Assembly (NCBI GenBank): GCA_964584305.1
Contig: CAZOZL010000005.1
Coordinates: forward strand, 106,288 to 170,287
DNA length: 64,000 nucleotides
From: an uncultured Burkholderiales bacterium
GTDB taxonomy: Bacteria; Bacteroidota; Bacteroidia; UBA8524
Direction: 5' to 3'
In this document: positions 57,475 through 64,000 of the stretch, in pieces
Layout: every line of letters begins with the position of its first letter
Numbering within the stretch: position 1 is the stretch's first letter
The notes under the pieces: generated by a model
Databases searched by the model: none
What the model saw: only the letters and a program-made list of their open reading frames with translations
What the model was told of the DNA's origin: nothing
Position numbers and translations under genes: made by a program

Positions 57475-59718
57475 ATGCACAAGGTATTGCAGTTATTTAT
57501 TATCCTATTGGCAACTACCCTTAGCTTTTCAAACGCTAAGGGTCAGTTTGTTTTAAAGGTTAATGATAAGAAAGCTGAACCCGTAGCTGGTGCTAAAGTA
57601 TTTATCATTCCCATAGAAAAAGAAAATCCTTACTCATTAGCAAAAGCATATTTTACAAACAATAAAGGGCTGGTAAATTCAACAATTGGCGGTGTGTGTG
57701 CTATTGAAGTTTCAGGCGAAGGTTTTAAAACCATTACTGATACCGTTAAACTGGTAGCAGGCAATATATATATAGTGGCACTTAACCAATTGGAATATGT
57801 AGCAGGCACAACAATTGTTACTGGGCAATACGCAGCTACCACAGCCGATAAGTCTGTTTCAAAAGTTAGAATAATTGATGCCAAGCGCATTCAGGCGCAG
57901 GGTGCAGTAAACTTAAAAGATGTTTTAAGTAATGAACTTAATATACGCCTAAGTCAAGATAATATTTTGGGCAGTAGCCTAAGTTTGCAAGGTGTTGGCG
58001 GGCAAAATATAAAAATACTAATAGATGGTGTGCCAATGATTGGTCGCCTTAATGGGAATATCGATATATCGCAAATTAATATGAACAATATTGAGCGTAT
58101 AGAGATTATTGAAGGTCCGATGAGTGTGATGTATGGTACTGATGCTTTGGGCGGTGTGATAAACCTAATTACCAAAAAAACAACGAAACACAGTGTTGAA
58201 GGAAATGTGAATACCTACTATGAAAGTGTAGGAAACTATAATATTGACGGAAGAATAGCCTTTAAAACCAAAAACCGTACTACTGTGCAGGTAAGCGGTG
58301 GGCGTAATTTTTTTGATGGTTTTGGTGGCATTGGTTTAAGAGGGCGAGTACAACAATGGAAACCCAAAGAGCAATATTTTGTAGATGGTATTATAGGTTT
58401 TAAAGTTAAAAACTCGACACACAGAATACAAACTACATTTTTTGATGAGTTGTTGCTAAATAGAGGCGCACCTGTTGTAAAACCTTATACGGTGTACGCT
58501 TTTGATAATTACTTTTATACCCGTAGGCTCAATAACTCACTATTTTCAAACTTTAAGTTGAAAAACGGAGCAAGAATTAATATTATAAATTCATACTCGT
58601 GGTTTAGAAGAAATAATTTGCAACAACGTAGAGACCTTGTTACCCTCGAAGATAATTTAACCAAAGGTGTTGAAGACCACGATACCTCTGTATTTACTTT
58701 GGTAATGTCTCGGGGTACATATACTCAATCTATAAATAGAAAAGTGAGCTTTCAGTTAGGCTACGATATTAATCTTGAAACCGTAAAAGGTGGGCGTATT
58801 CAAGGGGATAGGCAAGAAATTGGTGATTATGCAGGGTATGCAACAGTAGAGTATCGCCCTTTGTTGCGTTGGGTACTTCGCCCAGGGTTGCGTGTTTCGC
58901 ACAATACACGGTATGGTGCGCCTATAACGCCCTCTTTTAACACCAAATATACCATTAATAATAAGCTAAATATAAGAGCTTCGTATGCAAGAGGTTTCAG
59001 GTCGCCATCACTAAAAGAGTTAAACTTATTTTTTGTTGATATAAACCATAACATACAACCTAATCCTAATTTAGAAGCCGAAGTATCTGATAATATAAAT
59101 GTATCGGCAGTGTATTCTCATAAATTTAAAAACAAAGTAGCACTAAGTATAGAGCCATCATTGTTTTATAATGATATACGCAATATGATATCATTAGCAT
59201 TGGTTAATCCAGCTACGCAACTATATAACTATATTAATGTGGAGCAGTTTAATAATGCTGGTACAAACCTTTCGGTTCAAATAAAAATGGGAAATCTTGC
59301 AGTACAAATGGGTACAGCATTAATAGCGTTTCGTAATACTATTAATGCTAAAGATATACCCGAGTACAGAACCACCCACGAGTATAGAGCCAATATTAAC
59401 TATACATTGAAAAAAACAGGTACAGGAATTAATTTGTTTTATAAGTACAATAGTGCTGCACCCAACTTTTCTGTAAATGCCAACAATGAGACAGTACAAT
59501 CTGAAATTGAAGGCTATGCCATGGCTGATATTTCAATTACACAACCTTTTGGCAAGCATATTATGCTTGTTGTTGGGGCAAAAAACCTATTTAATGTAGG
59601 GAATATAAATTTGGGCACAGCCCAAGGAGGTCCACATGCTGGTGCCGGTAGCATGGCAATAGCTATGGGGCGTACAATTTTTACTAGTATTAGAATTAAC
59701 CTATTTAATAAAAAATAA
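57475..59718 (+). CDS. TonB-dependent outer-membrane receptor (HmuR-like position)
   Basis: The N-terminus is carboxypeptidase-regulatory-like. The plug reads IDAKRIQAQGAVNLKDVL..IEIIEGPMSVMYGTDALGGVINLIT. A 22-strand-type barrel follows, ending ..SIRINLFNKK. Confidence 0.85.
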   Translation: MHKVLQLFIILLATTLSFSNAKGQFVLKVNDKKAEPVAGAKVFIIPIEKENPYSLAKAYFTNNKGLVNSTIGGVCAIEVSGEGFKTITDTVKLVAGNIYIVALNQLEYVAGTTIVTGQYAATTADKSVSKVRIIDAKRIQAQGAVNLKDVLSNELNIRLSQDNILGSSLSLQGVGGQNIKILIDGVPMIGRLNGNIDISQINMNNIERIEIIEGPMSVMYGTDALGGVINLITKKTTKHSVEGNVNTYYESVGNYNIDGRIAFKTKNRTTVQVSGGRNFFDGFGGIGLRGRVQQWKPKEQYFVDGIIGFKVKNSTHRIQTTFFDELLLNRGAPVVKPYTVYAFDNYFYTRRLNNSLFSNFKLKNGARINIINSYSWFRRNNLQQRRDLVTLEDNLTKGVEDHDTSVFTLVMSRGTYTQSINRKVSFQLGYDINLETVKGGRIQGDRQEIGDYAGYATVEYRPLLRWVLRPGLRVSHNTRYGAPITPSFNTKYTINNKLNIRASYARGFRSPSLKELNLFFVDINHNIQPNPNLEAEVSDNINVSAVYSHKFKNKVALSIEPSLFYNDIRNMISLALVNPATQLYNYINVEQFNNAGTNLSVQIKMGNLAVQMGTALIAFRNTINAKDIPEYRTTHEYRANINYTLKKTGTGINLFYKYNSAAPNFSVNANNETVQSEIEGYAMADISITQPFGKHIMLVVGAKNLFNVGNINLGTAQGGPHAGAGSMAIAMGRTIFTSIRINLFNKK

Positions 59719-60720
59719 ATGAGGTATAAAGTAGTTAGCATATTAAGCGTATTCGTAGTCTTACTTTCATCGTGCTGGAAAGGAGAAGAACCTTTTATTT
59801 TACCTGATGCAGGGAGTATTATATCAAGTGAAGTATCATTGGGTGCTAACTATGATAAAATGATATATTTTAATGTAAATACGCAAGAGTTTGTAATTCG
59901 GAATTTTAAATCGTGGGACTTATCATTTGAAGCAGGCGAGAATGAGTTTTATGTATTTTTGAACTCGGGTAATTTAATGTTGGCACACGAAACTAATTTA
60001 ACTGATTTTAATGCCACATATACGCTGGTTAGCGGAATGGAATGGAAGTATGATGTACCAAATGGAAGCAAGGACTCAATAGCAATAGGTAAATGGTGGA
60101 CAGGTACAAGCGGTATATCAAAAGGCTTGGTATATGTTATAGATATGGGAATTGGCTATACAAGTGGTGAACGCTATAAAAAATTCCAAATAGAGAAAGC
60201 AGATACTAAAGGATATACTATTAATATTGGCGACCTAAACGACAATACTACAAACAAAAGTTTTTTTATTCCTAAGGGAGACAAACGTAATTTAGCACAC
60301 TTTAATATTACCACAAGGGCTGTTATTACTGATATAGAACCTGAAAAAGATAATTGGGATTTATGGTTTACAAGTTATAATCATATTTTTCACGACCAAG
60401 GACCAGAACCCGTGCCTTATCAAGTACGTGGCGTATTGCAAAACACAGCAAATGGAGTACGAGTATATGAGGAGGAGGTAAAGAGTTTTGATGAGATTGA
60501 TATTGAATACGCCGCCTCTGTTAACCTAAACAGCGATGCCGATATTATTGGATACGACTGGAAAGTGTATGACCAAGATGCAGGACGTTATACGGTTGAT
60601 AATACACGTACTTATATCATAAAAACAGTATCAGGGTTTTATTACAAAATGCGTTTTACTGACTACTACGACATTGATGGTTTAAGAGGTACGCCCAGTT
60701 TTGATTTGCAGAGATTATAA
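59719..60720 (+). CDS. HmuY-family lipoprotein
   Basis: Lipobox LLSSC. VSLGANYDKMIYFNVNT..FKSWDLSFEAG and C-terminal YYKMRFTDYYD. The start abuts the receptor stop (TAAATG). Confidence 0.6.
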   Translation: MRYKVVSILSVFVVLLSSCWKGEEPFILPDAGSIISSEVSLGANYDKMIYFNVNTQEFVIRNFKSWDLSFEAGENEFYVFLNSGNLMLAHETNLTDFNATYTLVSGMEWKYDVPNGSKDSIAIGKWWTGTSGISKGLVYVIDMGIGYTSGERYKKFQIEKADTKGYTINIGDLNDNTTNKSFFIPKGDKRNLAHFNITTRAVITDIEPEKDNWDLWFTSYNHIFHDQGPEPVPYQVRGVLQNTANGVRVYEEEVKSFDEIDIEYAASVNLNSDADIIGYDWKVYDQDAGRYTVDNTRTYIIKTVSGFYYKMRFTDYYDIDGLRGTPSFDLQRL

Positions 60721-60769
60721 AAACAAAAAGTATTTGCCAAAAGGTAGTAATTTCCCCCCCTTTCCTTGT

Positions 60770-60784
60770 TTAGAATGATTCTAA
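60770..60784. promoter_or_regulatory. Fur/PerR-family-type 7-1-7 inverted repeat (perfect palindrome)
   Basis: TTAGAATGATTCTAA, extended to TTTAGAAT-g-ATTCTAAA at 60769-60785. It lies about 45 nt upstream of the ATG at 60822. A TAnnTTCG element is at 60790-60797. Confidence 0.45.
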
Positions 60785-60821
60785 AGTGATATATTCGCAG
60801 CAAATTTAAACGCCATTAAAT

Positions 60822-61934
60822 ATGCGGATTACAGCACACTTAGCAGCACTACTTATTATCATTAGTTCGTGCAAAAATACCTCTACTAAAACAGATACCA
60901 ACAACGACTCTATACTTGCCGATAGTAGCCAAGTAGAAGAGCCAAAAAAGGAGAAGCATATAGCTAACCTACGCCAGCTTACTTGGGGTGGAGACAATGC
61001 AGAAGCCTATTTTAGTTTTGATAATAAAAAATTAATTTTCCAAAGCCAAAACCCCGATTGGGGTTTAGAGTGTGACCAAATATTTTTGTTTACTATTGAT
61101 AGTATGTTGCAAGATACAACTATGCGCCCCCAACTAATAAGCACAGGCAGAGGACGTACTACCTGCTCCTATTTTATGGAAGGGGATACCCAAATTATAT
61201 ATGCCAGCACACACCTAAAATACGATAAATGCCCACCCGTACCCGAACGCCATAAAGATGGTAAATACCTTTGGGCAATATATCCTGAATTTGATATATT
61301 TATTGCTGATTTGGAAGGAAACATAAAAAAACAACTTACTACAACAGTAGGATACGATGCAGAAGCCACCATATCACCCGATGGTAAAAGCATAGTATTT
61401 ACAAGTACCCGTAGTGGAGATTTAGAACTATTTACCATGAACACTGACGGTACAAATGTGAAACAAATTACATCAGAGTTAGGATATGATGGAGGAGCTT
61501 TTTTCTCGCCCGATGGTACTAAGTTGGTATTTCGTGCTTCTCGCCCTAAAAAAGAGCAGGAAGTAAAAGAGTATAAAGAATTATTAGCACAAGGTTTGGT
61601 AGCCCCCATTAATATGGAAATTTATGTATGCAATGTAGATGGTAGCGATATGAAACAAGTTACCCAATTGGGCAATGCCAACTGGGCACCTTTTTTTCAT
61701 CCTAACGGAGAAAAAATCATATTCTCATCAAACCACCATAGCAATAAAGGCTACGATTTTCAGCTATATATGATAAATATAGACGGTACAGGTTTAGAAC
61801 AAATAACCACCACCAGTATGTTTAATGCATTTCCTATGTTCTCGCCTGATGGTAAAAAATTAATATTTAGTAGTAATAGAAACAATGGCGGTACACACGG
61901 CACAAACTTGTTTATTGCCGATTGGATTAACTAA
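60822..61934 (+). CDS. PD40/TolB-like beta-propeller lipoprotein
   Basis: Lipobox IIISSC. Repeated FSPDG[KT]..[IV]F.S.R strings include ISPDGKSIVFTSTRSGD, FSPDGTKLVFRASR and FSPDGKKLIFSSNR. Confidence 0.75.
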   Translation: MRITAHLAALLIIISSCKNTSTKTDTNNDSILADSSQVEEPKKEKHIANLRQLTWGGDNAEAYFSFDNKKLIFQSQNPDWGLECDQIFLFTIDSMLQDTTMRPQLISTGRGRTTCSYFMEGDTQIIYASTHLKYDKCPPVPERHKDGKYLWAIYPEFDIFIADLEGNIKKQLTTTVGYDAEATISPDGKSIVFTSTRSGDLELFTMNTDGTNVKQITSELGYDGGAFFSPDGTKLVFRASRPKKEQEVKEYKELLAQGLVAPINMEIYVCNVDGSDMKQVTQLGNANWAPFFHPNGEKIIFSSNHHSNKGYDFQLYMINIDGTGLEQITTTSMFNAFPMFSPDGKKLIFSSNRNNGGTHGTNLFIADWIN

Positions 61935-62018
61935 CTTTACAGTTTTAAAATACATACAGTTGTTTGCCCAATAGGGATAAATAATTGTTTTATAAACAAT
62001 TGATAATCAGTAATTAAA

Positions 62019-63266
62019 ATGCGGAAAATTAATTTAGTATTTCTTGTTCTCTTAGCCTTTTTAGTGGGCACAACAAATGCGCAAAATATTGTACAAAGCA
62101 ATATAGAGAAACACATAAAAACACTAAGTAGCGATGAGTTTTTAGGTAGAGGTACGGGCGAAAAAGGGGAGGAGTTAGCAGCAAATTATATAGCCCAATA
62201 TTTTAAAACCCTAAAACTACAACCTTGGGGCGATGGGAATACGTATTTTCAAAATTTTGATTTTAAGTTTCGTAAAACCTCAATGTCAAACCCACATGGC
62301 AAAGGTGAGATGGTACCCAAAAAAGGTAAAAATGTAGTGGGCTATATTGATAATGGAGCTGCTTATACAATAATAATAGGAGCGCACTACGACCATTTAG
62401 GAACGGGGCTTTTAGGAAGCAGCCGCAATGCTAATCCAAAAGGTAAAATACATAATGGAGCTGATGATAATGCATCAGGGACAGCAGGAGTGATGGAGCT
62501 GGCACGATACTATACCCAGAATGGTATAAAAGAAGGTTGTAACTTTATTTTTATCGCTTTTTCGGGTGAAGAATTAGGTTTGGTAGGTTCCAAAAAGTTT
62601 ACACAGTTTGAAAAATTCGATTCATCAAAAATACAATGCATGGTAAACATGGATATGATAGGACGCTTGAATGATAGCACTAAGAAAATTTTGCTATACG
62701 GTATTGGTACAAGCCCTGTGTTTGGCAGTATGGTACAAACTTTTAAACCACAGGGTTTGAATATTAAAATAGATTCATCGGGTATTGGTCCAACAGACCA
62801 TACCAGTTTTTACTTAAAAAATATCCCAGTATTATCATTTTTCACGGGGCAACACAAGCAATACCACACGCCCGAAGATGATGAACACCTTATAAATTAT
62901 GAAGGCGAGATAATAGTACTAAAATACATTGCACAAGTAGTGGATAGTGTTGCCACATTACCCAAACTAAAATTCATTAAAACTAAAAGCAAAAGCCAAG
63001 AAAGGGTGAGTTTTAAAGTTACTTTAGGCGTAATGCCCGATTATACTTTTGAGGGAATGGGCTTAAAAATTGATGATGTAACAGAAGGAAAACCCGCTGA
63101 TAAAGCAGGGGTGAAAGCGGGCGATATTGTAGTAGCTATGGGTGATATGGATTTAAAAGATATTTACGATTATATGAAAGCACTAAGCAAGCATAAAAAA
63201 GGTGATAAAACCACAATAAAAGTAAAACGTGGAACTAAGCAATTAGACTTAAACGTTGAGTTTTAG
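62019..63266 (+). CDS. M28-family metallopeptidase with C-terminal PDZ domain
   Basis: GAHYDHLG, NGADDNASGTAG and GEELGLVGS. The PDZ-like region reads GLKIDDVTEGKPADKAGVKAGDIVVAMGD. Confidence 0.8.
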   Translation: MRKINLVFLVLLAFLVGTTNAQNIVQSNIEKHIKTLSSDEFLGRGTGEKGEELAANYIAQYFKTLKLQPWGDGNTYFQNFDFKFRKTSMSNPHGKGEMVPKKGKNVVGYIDNGAAYTIIIGAHYDHLGTGLLGSSRNANPKGKIHNGADDNASGTAGVMELARYYTQNGIKEGCNFIFIAFSGEELGLVGSKKFTQFEKFDSSKIQCMVNMDMIGRLNDSTKKILLYGIGTSPVFGSMVQTFKPQGLNIKIDSSGIGPTDHTSFYLKNIPVLSFFTGQHKQYHTPEDDEHLINYEGEIIVLKYIAQVVDSVATLPKLKFIKTKSKSQERVSFKVTLGVMPDYTFEGMGLKIDDVTEGKPADKAGVKAGDIVVAMGDMDLKDIYDYMKALSKHKKGDKTTIKVKRGTKQLDLNVEF

Positions 63267-63579
63267 GTTTTTTAGCCTTCTTTTTCTTTTTTCGTGCTCT
63301 CCTATATTTATTAACTCTACGGTTAGCGAAAACACTATTGCCGAGTAGATATAGCCCTTTGGTACATCCTCGTGAAAGGCATCAAGTATTAGCATAAAAC
63401 CAATCATAATTAAAAAAGCTAAGGCTAATCCTATTGTTCGGGTTTGAGGACGCTTTTTTTCAGGGAGTTTATTGGTAACTATTGATATGAAGATAATATT
63501 ATCAATACCCAATACAATTTCAAGAAAGAAAGGTAAGTAAAGCCATTAAGCCTTCTCCAGTAAAAATATAGTCAAACAT
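63249..63579 (-). pseudogene. Decayed TerC-family membrane protein gene (frameshift plus large internal deletion)
   Basis: The ATG at 63579 gives MFDYIFTGEGLMALLTFLS*. The next frame continues FFLEIVLGIDNIIFISIVTNKLPEKK.., then jumps to the family C-terminal motif VPKGYIYSAIVFSLTVELINI. The total is about 105 aa, against roughly 230-330 aa for intact TerC proteins. Confidence 0.65.
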
Positions 63580-63615
63580 AGGTTACAACAAATATAGAAT
63601 AGATAGATATAAAAC

Positions 63616-63643
63616 AAAAAAAGGGCTGTATAGCAACAGCCCT
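63616..63643 (-). terminator. Intrinsic terminator of the partial gene 63761..64000
   Basis: The minus strand reads AGGGCTGT-tgctat-ACAGCCCT followed by TTTTTTT. Confidence 0.75.
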
Positions 63644-63760
63644 TAATATTCCTAAAATTACACAACAGCTTTTGGCTGCTCATATTTCAAGCTACTAATA
63701 TAGCTGCTTTTTTTGTTAGTAATTCTAAATAGACATTATATTTTATAGTATAAATTTGTT

Positions 63761-64000
63761 TTAGCTAATCTTTTCTAAAGCCTTGAGTATCTTTTTTCCT
63801 CTACTTTTAAAACCAGCAGAGCCATGAGGCATTCGGTCTTCAATTAATAATTTTAGTTCGTTTTTAAAGTCAGTATGCTCTTTAGTAATGTTTAATAAAA
63901 CACTCATGCTAAACACTTTAATAGCGACAGATTCTTCTGGGTTTGCTAAATAATTAAAGCATACAGTTGCCAGCGTACCAATACTTTCTTGGGGTATATC
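63761..64000 (-). CDS. 3' end (partial) of a hypothetical helical-repeat protein
   Basis: The minus strand is open to the window edge. It translates ..NYLANPEESVAIKVFSMSVLLNITKEHTDFKNELKLLIEDRMPHGSAGFKSRGKKILKALEKIS*. No family was confidently recognised. Confidence 0.5.
   Translation of the reverse strand, partial: DIPQESIGTLATVCFNYLANPEESVAIKVFSMSVLLNITKEHTDFKNELKLLIEDRMPHGSAGFKSRGKKILKALEKIS

Noticed and set aside
1-64000. A novel multi-gene protein system (defence, toxin-antitoxin, secretion or biosynthetic cluster)
   Set aside because: Every multi-gene run resolves into recognisable housekeeping, envelope or peptidase families. The few orphan genes (43685..44185, 44186..44848, 52335..53126, 50259..50747, 28338..29252) are isolated and have no enzymatic or nucleic-acid-binding motifs. 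Only the weaker hypotheses listed in the findings seemed supportable.

Overview
AT-rich Bacteroidota chromosomal segment from a gliding/T9SS lineage, with about 55 protein genes and one tRNA-Arg(ACG). No transposase, integrase, phage, CRISPR-cas or recognisable defence genes are present.

Gene content:
- T9SS/gliding core: porV-porU divergent from a porP/sprF-like gene plus gldJ, next to a large Omp85-type/PD40 outer-membrane protein.
- At least six proteins carry T9SS type-A C-terminal sorting domains.
- Many exported peptidases: M1, C1, S8, S41, two M28, S1, M23.
- Housekeeping genes: etfBA, nupC-like, nth, recA, rsmE, trhO, nfeD-floA.
- Two ECF sigma factors, a MarR regulator, and an HmuY-like / TonB-dependent receptor / HmuY-like heme-type uptake locus.

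I did not find a convincing novel multi-gene protein system. The most unusual signals are non-coding:
1. A modular family of structured intergenic repeats (modules A-D, each with its own GC-rich palindrome). They occur in different combinations in at least seven spacers, including a recently expanded ~200-bp tandem array. They show compensatory substitutions and a strong + strand bias.
2. Two near-identical Fur/PerR-type 7-1-7 palindromes placed over putative promoters on both sides of the heme-uptake locus.

Secondary items are a decayed TerC gene, an ECF sigma paired with a TM-anchored beta-barrel protein, an unusually strong Shine-Dalgarno before an ECF sigma gene, and an orphan terminator upstream of the tRNA.

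All functional calls come from motifs read in the ORF translations and remembered family features. No database search was run.
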